Part shown: positions 36,646 to 50,953 of the stretch, piece after piece
Position numbering within the stretch: the stretch's first letter is position 1
How the letters are laid out: each line of letters begins with the position of its first letter
Source of the DNA: Microthyrium microscopicum
Taxonomy: Eukaryota
Reading direction: 5' to 3'
Length of the DNA stretch: 64,000 bases
Assembly (NCBI GenBank): GCA_010405405.1
Contig: MU004244.1
Location: 623,895 to 687,894 of the forward strand
Translations under genes and position numbers: made by a program
The notes under the pieces: model-generated
Databases searched by the model: none
What the model was told of the DNA's origin: nothing
The model's input: the letters and a program-made list of their open reading frames with translations, nothing else

Positions 36646-39246
36646 TGCTGAGTTAGTGGAAGGTTTTCGTAGTGGTCCAAGTTCGCAGAAGAAAAGAAGA
36701 AAGTTCGACGTCAAGAAACCAGAGCAGATGAGAGGATTAAGATCCCCTAGCTGAGAAGAGATGCTTGAAATGTGGCGTACTCCATAGGATCACTTCAAGG
36801 ATTCAATAGGTTTATGGTAATCATCGCTGTGCTGGAGTACTTTGCGAAGGTAAATCTGTTACAACGCGGTTATGAAAGCGATCAAGGTCACCAGCAGGCA
36901 CTCTCCCCAAGAGCTTTAAGCAGAGAAATCCATTCTCTCCTGCAGTCCTTGGAACTGGAAAGTCTATGCTTACGTGCCCCTTGCTGATGAGAACCCAGGT
37001 TGATTCAAACATATTCTGCAGCAAAGAAAAGATTGGACTAATGTTATTACCGGCCGAAGAAAGTCATTGTAAACATCAGTCCAATCGCATATGCCGCCAC
37101 ATTGCCCAAACCTCGTATCCAGTCTCTTGTTCTGATCCTCACGTTGCATATGAAAGGAAAAGCCGAATAAGCTGAAAGAACAGTAAAACAGTGCAAGCCG
37201 CAGTTATTGGATCAAAAGTGTCAAAAACTTTACCATACTTGGTTAAGCAATGGACAAGACGGTGAAGTTGAGGGCGGGGAATATTTCATGCCATGAGCTC
37301 ATCAAACCACAGAGTTCAACCTCTGTACGGAAATCTGCATGGGAATCGAATCGAGAACTCTCGATCTGGCGCGAGTAGAACATAATATCGCATGTGGATC
37401 GGATGAGGGATAAAATATCAGAACCATAGCGAGGCATCTCGATAGATGCGCCCCTATAAAAGGTAGGACACCGTCTAGTCTACTAGTCGGCATTGGTATA
37501 CGGGCATGTCAAGGTAAGCTGTTGGACATATCTACCCCACTTCGATTGAAATGTTTGACACGCTCTCGAATTCTGAGATGTGGACTAATGTAGGAGACAC
37601 GGGAGGTCAGACTGGTCAGGCGTACTTGCGTTGATCTTCCAATAGAAGCATACCGAAGGATTGGAAGACCAATTGAGAGATTGAGCCAGATGCTGACTAG
37701 CATTAGTGTCGCGGATATCTAAGGTATCGGGGCTAGACAGCAACCTGTCATTCCTCCTTATTTGGATGTCGACAGCTGTACATGCAGATTCTCAAACACG
37801 TCGGGACTCCATTAGCAGATTCCAAAAATGACATGCATTAACCACTCGGTACTTCCATCATAGTGGGTATTGGATTCAACGTAGCCCACACGCAAAGACC
37901 CTGTCATCTTTATCCACGGAACAGGTTGATCTCCAGCAGGGATGCATCCATCCAGTCCGAAGCAAGGCTTATGATACAGAGAATTGTTCAGAGAAGGAAT
38001 CTTCATGATAGAACTCGAATTTCCTTCTTGATAAACAGATTGGCAGCAAGGCCCAAAGCTTAATCATGAGCATAGCTCACAACTTCCAAGTTCTGGGCAA
38101 GTGCTCGAATTTGTGGGATTGACAGGTGTTTCGGTTCGTCGTAAGGCATAACGGGTTATGGATATAGAAGCTGACTGAGATGCTCACATGATCCATCAAG
38201 TGCGATATATCATACACTTCGCTAGTTTTAGCGAGTACATCTTCACGAGTAGGCAAGGTAAGTGGCGTATTTCTAACCACTACCATGTCTACAGTATCAT
38301 TCACTTCGCTTCGTTATTGTCGAACCCATCTGCCGTAGGGGGCATAGTTTCAAGCCCTTGTGGCTTGTTTGGATCAGATCAAAAAAAGACACCTTTTGTT
38401 GAGAAGCGTGGATGGTGCTACCATTCAATGTATTGCGCAGCTGACAGACCTGGCTTTTGTCGCGAGCAATGAGGTGTGTCAGACGTGTGGTTGTCAAATG
38501 TCAATGGCTGTCACTAGCCGTAGAGGAGTTTACTTAGCTGCTATGACTAGGGAAACGATTGGGAAGAAGAGAGACAGGGTCTTGTGATAATATTTGAGAC
38601 AGTTCATGATGCAAATGTAAGTAGGATGGAGCAAAGTTGTGGTAAAGCAGAGAGCTCGACCCTTTTATCTTGATCCGAGCTCTCGCGTCAAAATAAGCGA
38701 GCGTTTACAGCAGTCTCCTCCAGTGCCGGTTATGTTAGCTGAATACGATTACAAGGACTTCTAGCGCGGAATCTTTTTTGTAGTACTTATTGCATGCCGT
38801 AACGTACATGTAACTAGGTATTCAACATAGTTGACTCAAAGCAGTTTGGTAGTTTATGTGTAAGAAGTGTTATGGCAGACATCATACTCGATGGGAGCAT
38901 CACCCAAATAGCTCGCTTGATTTTGATACGAGAAAGGGAGCCTATTATCTGGTCTTAGCTGGGTTTAAGATTTGCCCCAGCTCCCAACGCCCTCGATGGG
39001 AATTATAGGCGACTTTCTTTAAGAAGCGTTAAGACAGACACCGTAGATGATGGGAGGAGCTCAAATAAGAGGCTCGCTTATTTGGTTACTCCACATGCAT
39101 GCCACGCTACTCGGGCCGTATTGGCCACACTCAAGACACGTACTCGGGCCGAGTGACATCATCCTCGGTAGGCAACGCCCCTAGCAACGGATCGCGATGA
39201 ATCTAAACACAATGTCTACATTCATGTTTCTGCAGATTTATGAACC

Positions 39247-41493
39247 ATGAGGTTGCCATTTTCTGCTATTCTTGCTCTTCTGGCAGGATACTCCAAAGCT
39301 ATTCAACCTGATGCTGTTCGAGCTTATGAGGCCCCGTTGAGGGAGTTGCCGTGGGGCAAAGTGAACTTTCTTCATACAACAGACGTTCACGGCTGGCTAG
39401 CAGGCCATTTACAAGAGTAAGTAGGTACGTTGATCTTGATGGAATCTAAGCACCGCTAAATCCCATCAAACGCGATGGCAGCCATTAATTGCGATGGGCA
39501 CCATAGACAGCGATGGTCACCATAGACAGCGATGGGCACCATAGACAGCGATGGGCACCATAGACAGCGATGATGTTCGCTGACACAAAAACAGACCATC
39601 CTTTTCTGCGGACTGGGGTGATTACATCTCCTTCGCCCATCATCTTCGCGCCAAAGCCGATGCTGACGGCTCAGATCTCCTCCTTGTCGATACTGGTGAT
39701 CGGATAGAAGGAAACGGCCTCTACGATGGATCTGATCCAAAAGGCAAATACTACTTTGACATATTCAAGAATCAAGATATCGACCTTATGTCCATCGGAA
39801 ACCATGAGCTGTACAAGGCGAACTCATCGATTGACGAACTCCATCAGACCGTGCCCAACTACAAAAACAGTTATATTGCGTCGAATCTAGACATTATAGA
39901 TCCGGATCGAGGGACAAGGGAACCTCTAGCACAGAGATACCGCAAATTCACAACCAAGAATCAGAAGCTACGGATCCTTTCCTTCGGATTCCTGTTCGAC
40001 TTCACTGGCAATGCCAACAATACTTTCGTGCAGCCAATTGAAGAAGCCATCAAGGAAGACTGGTTCCGCGAAGCTCTCTCCGACAAGGAGGTCGATCTCA
40101 TCGTAGTCATCGGCCATGTCGGCATTCGAATGACCGAGTATAAAGTCATTTATCAAGCAATACGTGATGCCCATTGGGACACCCCGATCGCTTTCTTCGG
40201 GGGTCACGTCCACGTTCGTGATTACACTACGTACGACAAATCTGCCGTAGCGATAGCGTCTGGTCGCTATATGGAAACCGTGGGTTTTCTTTCTATCGAC
40301 GGCATCGAAGCTGGCAAAACGAAGTCTAAGGTGTTTCCAAAGTTCGCACGCCGGTACATCGACAAGAATCTCTTCTCCTTCCACCAACACACCGGTCTCA
40401 ACAAAACAACCTTTCCCACAGAACTTGGTCGCAATGTCTCCAAAGCCATCGCCAAAGCTCGTAGCACCCTAAAACTTAACGAGAAGTACGGCTGTGCTCC
40501 TGCCGCTCTCTTTGTAAATCGCGCACCATATCCATCCGACAACAGTATCTTCTCCTGGCTCGCCGATCATGTCCTACCTGCACAAATCGGCAAAGCCAGC
40601 CGCGTCAGATCCAAGGGTAAGAAGACCCTCATCATTACGAATACAGGTGCCATGCGTTTCGACATCTTTGAAGGTCCATTTACGAAGGACACGGAGTTCC
40701 TCGTCAGCCCATTCACCAGCGAATTTCGCTACGTGCCTGAAATCCCCGTTAAAGTCGCCGCGCGTGTGCTGGATCTGCTCAATTCCAAAGGCCCCATATT
40801 AGAGGCTATGGGCAGCGATGGTGCAGCGCTAAAGGAGTGGATGGTGGTACCACCTGAGCAAATTGGCGGAATTATGGCAGAGCAAAGTGGCTTTGCTCAA
40901 ACAGAAGAAATGCGCGTTTCAACTGGCGCTCAGCAGGTGCTAGGAACGTCGAAGAAGCCAGACCTAAAGCCTGGATATACCACAAAAGACGATGCCGGCA
41001 CGGATGGTGATGACACGGAGCATTCAAGGATCGATTTTTATAATGTGCCGAATTGTATCCAGGTAAGATGTCCCCGTGCTAAATCCCATTTCTTGACGAC
41101 ACCTATCCGATGGAACCAAAACAAGCTCATGTCCTATCGCACTCGATGGCTACCATACAATGCGTTTCTGATTGAGTGTTATGGAACCCACCGAATGCGG
41201 TGGGTATTTTACACTTTCGCCACGAAAAGCCTGAATAGTCTTTTCAGGAGCTCTAATCGTAATCTTATGCTAATAAATTCCAGGCGACTGTCGGAATCAA
41301 ACTGCCACTTGACCCAAACGATGATTCGACGGTGGATTTGGTGTATAACGAGTTTGTCGAATCGTGGATTGTGCTGGCGCTACAATATCTTGGCTTGAAG
41401 ACTACTGTCGCGGATACCAAGCCATACATGGAAGGAAAGACCGTTACAAATCTTATCACTGATTGGATTGAGGAGCATTGGAAATGTAAATAG
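39247..41493 (+). CDS. Secreted calcineurin-like metallophosphoesterase / 5'-nucleotidase-like protein (YHR202W-like), 3 exons
   Basis: Signal peptide, FLHTTDVHGW, VDTGDRIEGNG, IGNHELY and FFGGHVHVRD. Introns ~39417-39594 and ~41063-41283. Confidence 0.88.
39491..39572 (+). repeat. Intronic minisatellite, ~4.3 x 19 bp (GCGATGGGCACCATAGACA)
   Basis: Directly visible tandem copies, with a degenerate copy just upstream (GCGATGGCAGCCATTAATT). Confidence 0.9.
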
Positions 41494-41692
41494 TCGAGTA
41501 TATATGGCACTATAGCGTGTGGCGTTTTGGAGTCCGGGATATAAGATACCATGATCAGGCAAGCAAAGAACCCTGAATGCGAGAAGTTTTTGAGACGTAC
41601 ATCATTATTGGATTATTCCATAATATAGAAGCCTATTGAAGCGTTGGACTATACATGCAAAGTATTTCCACAGTGATCTTGCGGTTCAAGAT

Positions 41693-44600
41693 CTAAACGA
41701 CTCCACCCACCCATCCTACAACACCACGTACATATCCAATCATCTCACCAACGCGCTTGCCTTCTTTCTCAGCCTCAGCGCGCCATGCCTGGAGAGCCTC
41801 CTTGATTTCTGAGCTCTCCGTGACTATATTCGCGTGGCACCGAAGAAATACTGCCATCCACGTCTGCACCAGCTCGTAATCCCTTCTTTTCGCCAAACGT
41901 GCCGTTAACGCGCGAATAAACGCAACACATTCAGTATATGGCGGTGCAGGATCAATAGTGCGTATGGCTACATCAATGGCTGAGGGCGGAAGGGCGGCGA
42001 GATGGGCGAATAGGGGAGCTGGATCGCTGGTTGTGGTGAAGGTTTGTAGGAGAGAAGTGAACGTGCTGGTGGAGGCAACTGTAGGATTGGCGATTTTGCT
42101 GATCCGTGAACCGGCTGTTGGCTCGTTTGGTATCAGAGCACTATCGGCAGATATGCCGTTTGGCTTCTTTTCGAGGGATGGGAGGAAGAATGGCGCAGCT
42201 TGGGGTTTCTTTGGTGCTTCTTTCGGTTTATTGCGGGCGCGGATGGTGTCTAGATGGAGGAGAGTCTGCCATTTGGCCTTGGGGACGAGGGATAGTGTAA
42301 GAAGGTCGGACGAGAGTTGATCTATTTTAGAGAGGGCCGAGTCGTCTGTTTCGTCACCGTCTGGATTGGCGGCGGTTTTGGTGACGGTATCAATCAGTTC
42401 GGCGCCTCCTGCTCCCAATGGGGAGGGTGCATCGATATCGATTATGTCGTTCGGTCCGATTTGTCTGGTCGGCACGTGGGTAAAGAGAGACCGATTTGTC
42501 CAGATATGTACTCCCACAGAATCTGCGAGGGCAGTTGCCAGGTACTCGCCAGTAGGAGAAAAGGCAACTGCGGTCGGTTGTGAACGAAACCGGAGAGCTT
42601 CGATCAAGTGACCTGTCGCCAGGTCGTATACACGGACTATCGAGTCGCCAGCACTTGATATTATCCAGCGACCGTCATTGGAGAACGTAAAGTCCAATAT
42701 GCTGCCTTTTGCACCCCAAAGTTCACGAACAAGCTTTCGGGTATCGATATCAACAACTCGTATGGATCCATCATCGCAGCTCAATGCAATAAGGTCACTA
42801 GGACGATGGAATCGCATACCTCCAATGGACGTGAGAGACCAATCCAGCTCGCTGAGTAGCATTCCTGTCGAAAACTCCCAGAATTTGACTTTACCATCCG
42901 CACCACAAGATATGACAGTTTTGTTCAGACTGTCAACTTCAATTCCAGTAATGGCTGCAGCATGCTTGCCTTCGCCATGGGCAAACTTCCGTGAGCCAGA
43001 AGAATTTTGCGCAAACATTGGGTTTGATGTTTGCAAACGCTGTATTTGAGGGGGGGTAAGTTTTGTTGGAAATCGCTGTCGATGAATGCCAGATTGAAGG
43101 TTGTACATGTCTATCAAGCCTCCTGCCGAGCCAATTAGAGCAAAGGTGCCGCAAGAAGACATGGTTACGCTCTAATATGATGTCAGTCAAGATTCACAAA
43201 TGAATGGCATATCATACCGTAACGTTAGTTCCATCACTGGTCTTAAACTTCCATCTTCCAGCTCTCTTTCTGCCCCAGAACCAAGTACGAGCGAAAGGAT
43301 CATTTACGTGTCCAGTGACAACGCTTTCCCATCCCGTTGAGAAACTTGAGGAAGGATTTTTACTTTTAGAAGTTGTGTCGTTCGACCAGATGGAAGTGTT
43401 TCCAGGCATTGCTCCAATGCCACCATCTCTGTTTAGTGAGCATGCGATGGACGTTATTCGTGGAGCTTTCAATTCCTCCAAAGAAGTTCCTCTTTCGGAG
43501 AGATCAAGACTTGAATTTAACAATCCAGCTTTTCTGGCTTTCTTGCGAATGTTTCCCTGACTCAACTCTGAGCTCTGAGCGTCTCGTCGTAAACTCCATC
43601 CCCAGAAGCTTCGGTCGTGGCTTGCACTCATAAGCCATTTGCCGTCGTTCTCTGATCCCTCAGATTGGCCGGGAAGAAATTTGAGAGTTGAAACAGAGGC
43701 TGCATGGCCACCCCGAGAATGCAGAATCCGTGGAATAGGAGAGAATGGTATTTCGTCAAAAATCCAGGTCTTCAAAGCATTATCCAATCCGCTGCTGACC
43801 AACACGGCTTGTCCGGGTAAAAACTCAATATTTGAGATCCCTCCAGGAATTGTTCCGTCCATAGAAGGCGGCGAATGAGCACCGCGTAGAACACTCATTT
43901 TCTTACCTCCTTTGTTAAGATCCCAGAATGTGATATCTCCTGCACCTCTAGACGTGGTGGCCATGACTCCAGCTTTACGACCATCTTCGCCAGCCCCAGC
44001 TCCGTCAGTTCGAAATGATATGGCAGTGACAGAAAGCCGACTATCATTTCCCGTGTTGAAGGAAAGTACTGGCTTATCCGCCCGAACGTCTTGAATTATG
44101 AGCGGTCCAGACGCATAGGCGATAGCGAGAAGTGATAAAGCAGGTGTAGGTTGTAATGCTGTGACAGAGCCATAGTTAGAAGAAGCAGGAAGTATAGAGT
44201 ATATCAATTTTCCAGTACTGATGTTCCAGATTTCCACAGTGCCGTCTTGTTTGCCGGCGAAGACTTTGTTGAGGTAAGTAGGCATGGTAGTGATTTGGCC
44301 AGAGAAGCCTCCTGCTTTTCCAGTTGATCTGGAGTGAATTGTTGTGTAATGTTCCATCGTATCCGATTTCCATACTTCCAAAGAGTTTTGACTACATCCT
44401 ACTATCCAGGGTCCAAACACTAAGAGCTGTGAAATGGAAGCATGCTGTCCTGGGGAAGCTTCAAACTCGGCGACTTTCTTTCCTCTCTTGAACATCCATA
44501 ATCCCACCCTCTTTTCATGTTTCCAAGCCGCGACCACATTTTTGCCTAAGGAAGCTGTTGCGGTTATGGCACCAGGGGTTTCGGGGGATGTTATGAAGAC

Positions 44601-44904
44601 AAGCTGAAGACCGCGCTGTAAATCGTATGTCTGGAGGCTTCGACCGATACATGTGGTGATCTGGAAAGTCGTTTTCCCCAAGGGAACGGATGTAAATGGA
44701 ACAGCAGTAGGCGAAACGAGTCCAACAGTCTAAAGGTTAGAGATTAGTAGGCAAAGTCTCCTTGCTAAGAGAGTATTAACGTACTCGAAAAGGCGCAAAA
44801 ATGTTGGATCGTGTTGGGGCACTGCGGTTTTGCTCGACTCGAATATGAGAATCTAGCTTCTGTCGCTTCACAACTCGAACCTCCATCTCAGTCGTGGTGG
44901 CCAT
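41693..44904 (-). CDS. UTP21: U3 snoRNP-associated WD40 protein Utp21
   Basis: SNIFAPFR N-terminus, many WD repeats (SGLDNALKTWIFD, SASHDRSFWGW) and the Utp21 C-terminal LLHLDTIRARNKPKEAPKKPQAAPFFLP...DYELVQTWM. Confidence 0.92.
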
Positions 44905-45430
44905 GATTATCACAATGGCTGTCTTTGCGACGGAGAACAGCTCTGCTTGGTTCAAAAAAAAGATATGGAAATTTTGGTGATGTAAAGTGTTAGCGCGACA
45001 CTAGACCAAATAAGGCAAGTGCATCCAGACAGTAGAGGGGCAAGCCAAAGGCAAGCTTTGCTGGGAATTGCAGGGGTCGAATTGCCATTGAACCAACGAC
45101 TAGGTACAGTCTGGATGGAAAACTATCAACACTACATCTCCCTATCTCGCCTCATTCTTCAGTTTCTCTTCTATCCAAATCCAGAGTTATCGTTTACTGA
45201 CCTACGCAAACCTCTCTTACATCCTTCGCTATTCTTCCTATCCTGTGTCTCGCTGCTCGCGTGCTCACTTGCTACATCCAACGGCATTTACCAGACTAGG
45301 TTTCGCATCGATCACCTACAGATCCATATCACACCCTGCAAGGTCCGACCACGTTCTCGCTTGGTTGGTTGTGCTTTTTCTTCTTCTTGGATGCTGTTAT
45401 CATTCGCTGCCAGCCCTGAGGCTCAATCCC

Positions 45431-48400
45431 ATGGATATGGAGCCGTCAGCGCCTGAACTACCGCGCGATCAACCCACAAATACCTTGCAAAGAACTAGCA
45501 GCGGCAGCCATAGTAATGGCGCCCATCATACTTCTTCAGCGTCCTCGCCATCTCGACCACATGCATTGTCATCCGCATCTCCAGTTCTCACTAACCTGAA
45601 AGGTCGCTCTGCTGATCCAGGTACATCAACCGGCAGTGTTGAGAGACACAGCGTATCCCTACCTTCTTCTGACCAATCGGCCTTGAAAAGTCGTTATTCT
45701 ACTGTACCTGCTTCACCTGTGCAATCTAGATCTGCTCCTATAACTACCTCTCCATCGGCCATTTCAGAACATCCTGCCAGCGATGGGGAAAAGACGCCTA
45801 CTTTGGAGCCCAATAATCGAAAAATGAATAGGACTACCCCGTTTATGCTTCCAGATCCTGCGCTACATCCACCGAGAGCTCAAGATGCAGATACAGAGTC
45901 CAATCGCTTATCTTTTTCCTCGCTTTACTCCTTAGGGTCTGCTATTGTCGGAGGCGCCAGAGGAATCTCAAGCGGTCCAAGTTCAGTTGCCGAATCAGAG
46001 CCAGAGTGTAAGTCAAATCAGCAATATCACCTGGAAGTTAAACACAATTGGTCCTTAGAGGCTCCGCAACGCATCCCATCAGTCGCGACAACGGTTAGAC
46101 AAATAAATGGCACGCTCCCATCGACGACTATCGCTGCCATAAACTTTCTTAGTGAGATCATACTCAAATGCCCAGTGCATTCGAAAGAGTGTCGATCTTT
46201 CATGATGGGACATTGACGATGGCACACGACGTAAATCATCGGTCAGAAAGAACATGCTTGTACTTGATCAAAAGCGATGGCAATCAGCGAAGTCGACGGG
46301 AGCTTGTCACTATTTGTCCAACAACTGGCTCCCTATGTTAACAAAAGAATTGCTAATTTTCTATCTAGCAAACCAAGGTTCAGCCAATGGGACGACCACG
46401 GCCCAATCGGCAATCGCTGTGACTACTTCTAGTGTGAATGGAACTTTAGGTGTATCGCCACAGAGCGTCCATTCAGTTGATCATTTACAAAACGCGAATC
46501 GTTCTTCTGTTCACTTCGCGTCCTCTTCCACCTCATTACCAAGGCCTTCTGTTCCTGGTCGCCCGGCCTCCGGGTTGACGAGATCGAGAAGCAAAACTAG
46601 AGACCGAGACCCTCGAAGAGTCAGTCGTAGTACCGCTGGGACCAATGCTAGTCCTGCAAATAGTGACCGTCCGAATACCACAGAAAAGAAGCCTGCTCCA
46701 TTTGGAATCATCGGTGTTTGTGCTCTTGACTCAAAGGCGCGCAGTAAACCTAGTAGGAATATATTGAATCGCCTTATTAGCAATGGGGAATTCGACGTTC
46801 GCATCTTTGGCGACAAAGTTATTCTCGACGAAGATGTCGAGAATTGGCCAGTTTGCGATTATCTCATTTCCTTCTTCTCTGATGGCTTTCCCCTGGAGAA
46901 AGCCATTGCTTATGAACGACTTCGAAAACCATATTGCCTGAATGACCTGGCTATGCAAACTGTTCTTTGGGATCGACGGCTCTGCCTTATGATCTTGGAC
47001 AGTTTCAATATCTCCACTCCCAGGAGGATTGAGGTGAATCGTGATGGCGGCCCTAGGCTATCATCTCCCGACTTTGCCGTTTATCTAAAGGAACGAACAG
47101 GCTTGAGACTTCCCGGAGCAGAGGATGGAACTGGAGGAGGCATCCTTGCCCCAAAGAAGGTTGAACTCTCCGATGATGGCGAAGTGCTTACGGTAGACGG
47201 AAAGCAGCTTCGCAAACCCTTTGTAGAGAAACCTGTTAGTGGTGAAGACCACAACATCCACATCTACTTTCCTCAATCCGCAGGAGGCGGTGGACGTCGC
47301 CTCTTTCGGAAGGTCAACAACAAAAGTTCTGAGCGTGATGAGACCTTGCATACACCAAGGGCAATTACTGAGCCAGGAAACAGTTATATTTACGAGCAAT
47401 TCGTTGAAGCGGCAAAGGCTGAGGACGTCAAAGCGTACACAGTAGGAACAAATTACTGTCATGCCGAGACAAGAAAATCGCCCGTCGTGGATGGCATCGT
47501 TAAGCGCAATCCCAATGGCAAAGAGCTCCGATATATCACTGAGTTGAGTAAAGACGAAAAGCTCATGGCAGCAAATGTCGTCCGCGCCTTCGGTCAAACT
47601 GTCTGTGGTTTTGATCTACTACGCTCAGATGGCAAAAGCTATGTCATTGATGTCAATGGCTTCAGTTTTGTCAAGGATAATAATGAGTATTATGATCAGT
47701 GTGCAAAGATACTACGAGAGCTCTTCATGCAGGAGAGACAGCGACTTGAGGCTAAAGTCCAAGCACTAACACAAGACTCCAAGTCCCTAGATGATGCTGA
47801 TCAAATTAAGCACAACTCTTCCCACAGGTCGATCAAGGATATTTTCAAATCACCTAGTATGTCGAAACTCACTCCTCATCATCACCACCATCATCGCCAT
47901 CAGCATAGCAAAGATGGAGGCGATGGCTTGCCGATGAGCTCACCGCCTTCTATAGAGAATGCCAATGCTGCGAACTCACAGATACCAGCTTCTCAGTTGG
48001 TTCCAGCGCCAGCCTCTACAGGTGACAACAAGAGCATAAAGTCCGATCTGACTAGTCATGCCGAAAAGTCCAGTCAACCATCTCCAATACCTCCGCCAGC
48101 ATCCAAAGCCCAGTGGCGATTGAAGGGCATGGTTGCTGTAGTACGGCACGCAGACCGAACTCCGAAGCAAAAGTTCAAGTTTACATTTCACACAAGACCG
48201 TTTGTGGATCTGCTTCGAGGCCATCAAGAAGAGGTACTACTCGTAGGAGAGGCAGCCCTACATAGCGTTCTCGAAGCCGTTAACTTGGCCATGGAGGAAG
48301 GAAAAGAAGACATGACGAAACTACAGCTTCTGAAGACTTCTCTTGTAAAGAAAGGAAGCTGGGCAGGCACCAAGGTCCAAATCAAGCCCATGTTCAGAAA

Positions 48401-50429
48401 GCGACGAGGCTCTACTGAGAATAAAGAAACTCCGAACGAGGACCCCAAAGGCCCCAAACCAGCTATTCAGAGAATGCCGAGCATCGGTCATAGAGATTCC
48501 AATCAAACGGTAACGCTTTCTCGAATCTCGGCAGCCGAGAATAATCTTGTGCTGGATAAGCTCCAGCTCATTATTAAATGGGGCGGCGAACCAACTCACT
48601 CAGCACGTTACCAAGCACAGGATCTTGGTGAAGGCATGAGAAATGATTTGCTTCTCATGAACCGGGAATGTCTGGACAATGTTTGTGTCTTTAGCAGTTC
48701 CGAGAGGCGTGTTACCACAAGCGCCCAGATATTCGCTTCGACCTTTTTGAACGACAAGAATCTTGCGCAAGACTTTATCCACGTACGAAAGGATCTTCTG
48801 GATGATTCAAATGCTGCCAAAGATGACATGGATAAGGTTAAGAAGAAGCTCAAACAACTTCTTCGAGAGGGAGACTCTGCGCCTCCCGAATTCACCTGGC
48901 CGACCGGATCTCCAGAACCTTTCCTTGTAGTTCGTCGAGTGGTAGAGCTCATGAAATTCCACCATCAAGTTATGTCCATCAATTATCAACAGCTTCAGTC
49001 CCAAGCCGCCAATTCTTTGGCCGCTGTTATGAAAGCCCATAGCAACGACTCCAATACGTCTCAAACAGCATCACCTACAGGATCTCTCACTTCGACCCAA
49101 ATGGTCTCCAATATACAGTCGAGATGGTGCAGCGGAGAGGATGCAGATCTTTTCAAGGAGCGCTGGGAAAAGCTTTTCAAAGAGTTTACCGACGCAGACA
49201 AGGTCGATCCTAGCAAGATCTCGGAGCTTTATGACACACTAAAATTCGATGCGCTCCATAATCGCCAATTTCTTGAATGGGTTTTTACACCAGACATTGA
49301 GTTGGCCGAAGCTGCTGTTAGTACAGCGACAACTCCTGACGGTAGCATGCCACCACCACCAAGAGCAGATACCACTGGTAGCAAACTATCACAGCGAGCA
49401 GCGACAATGAAGGAAGACGGTGAAAAGGTTTCAGGCAAAGATTGGAAAAACATCGCTCAGAAAATGAGTTTCCGTCGAACTTCGGAGATTGCACCGACAT
49501 TCAAGACGGTTGCACCAACTTCGGCACCATCGACGCTCAAGCCAAATCCCGTTGATCAGACACCGGAGAGCTATTTCAATCTCTATCGCAGTCCAACTTC
49601 ACAATCAAAAGTCAAAAATGATGCTCGCCTTAGCAATCTGCGCGAACTTTACACCCTCGCCAAAACTCTCTTTGATTACATCGGACCTCAAGAATACGGC
49701 ATCTCCCCCGAAGAAAAGCTCTCCATTGGTCTCCTGACCTCCCTTCCGCTCCTCAAAGAGATTGTCCATGACCTGGAAGAAATGCAAGCCTCGGACGGCG
49801 GCCAATCATTCTTCTACTTTACAAAGGAATCACACATCTACACTCTCCTCAACTGCATCATCGAAGGTGGCATCAAAACCAAGATTGAGCGCAAGAATAT
49901 CCCGGAGCTAGACTATTTGAGCCAAATCAACTTTGAGTTGTATGAAAGCGAGAACCATCTCTCAGTGAGCGACGAAGAGCAAGGCAAGGACCGCTACAAT
50001 TATAGCATTCGTATCACGCTTAGTCCTGGTTGCCATACCTTTGACCCGCTGGATTTGAGTCTGGATTCAAAGCACTGTATCGGTATCGCGCCTCGACGAA
50101 GTTTGACAAACCATGTTGATTACAAGGATGTGTTGGAGACACTAAGAGCGAAATTCCATACGTAAGTTCTTCATTACCAAATCATTGGCCACACACCATC
50201 TAACAAACTTAGTGTCAAATTGCCAAAGTCATTCGTGGCTATCAATCTTTCTGAGATTTCACCCCAGCTCTTCGGGCCTGTTAGAAAAAGTAGTACTGCT
50301 TCTAGCATACCTGCGGACGAGCTGGAAACCCCAACGATCGAGAACACTGAAGTCGGCGAAGAGTCTTCAGCAGACAAGCCACTCCATGAAGGAGATAAGG
50401 CAGAAGAGAAGGCCACTACTACTACATGA
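45431..50429 (+). CDS. VIP1: Inositol hexakisphosphate/diphosphoinositol-pentakisphosphate kinase (Vip1/Asp1)
   Basis: IGVCALDSKARSKP, KPFVEKPVSGEDHN, HAETRKSPVVDG, and histidine-phosphatase RHADRTPKQK. Introns ~46008-46369 and ~50162-50213. Confidence 0.95.
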
Positions 50430-50953
50430 GATGTTTTGCATTGGGTAGGAAGCACTGTTTGAAAAATAGAAGGTGTTTAAGGACTTAGACTGCCGCTTTA
50501 GAATTGCATATATGATATTGCCAGGCAATAGATTCATTCATCGCTATTCATGTCATTCCAGATCATTGCCCACAAATGCTTGAATCCCATTGATTTGGAT
50601 GGCCACCAACAAATTCACTCAGTAGCGATGAGTTAATTAAAATAGGAGGCGTTCGGCATAGGAAAAATTATCGAGGATGCTGAAAAATAAGATTTTCATA
50701 AGTAAAATGTATTGTGGTGTCTGTTAGTCAGTCGACGTTGATGGGAGGAGATTGTGTTTGCCCTGAGTTGAGATCCCACTCATTCCGGCGTTCAAGCATA
50801 TGATGCCTGGTAAGAAACATGTTTTTGTGTTACAAGCGAGAGATTTGATTTGTTATATGTGTATCCTGAACTATAGACAAGACTACATTACTCTACCAAG
50901 GGAGAGCCCAATTTCCAACAGTAAAAGTACAAAGCGAAGGAACTATAGCGTCT

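Noticed and set aside
36650..39240. Short ORFs in the 2.6-kb region between the PTH11-like and phosphoesterase genes
   Set aside because: No motifs, splice-consistent models or coding bias; most likely a long divergent promoter region.
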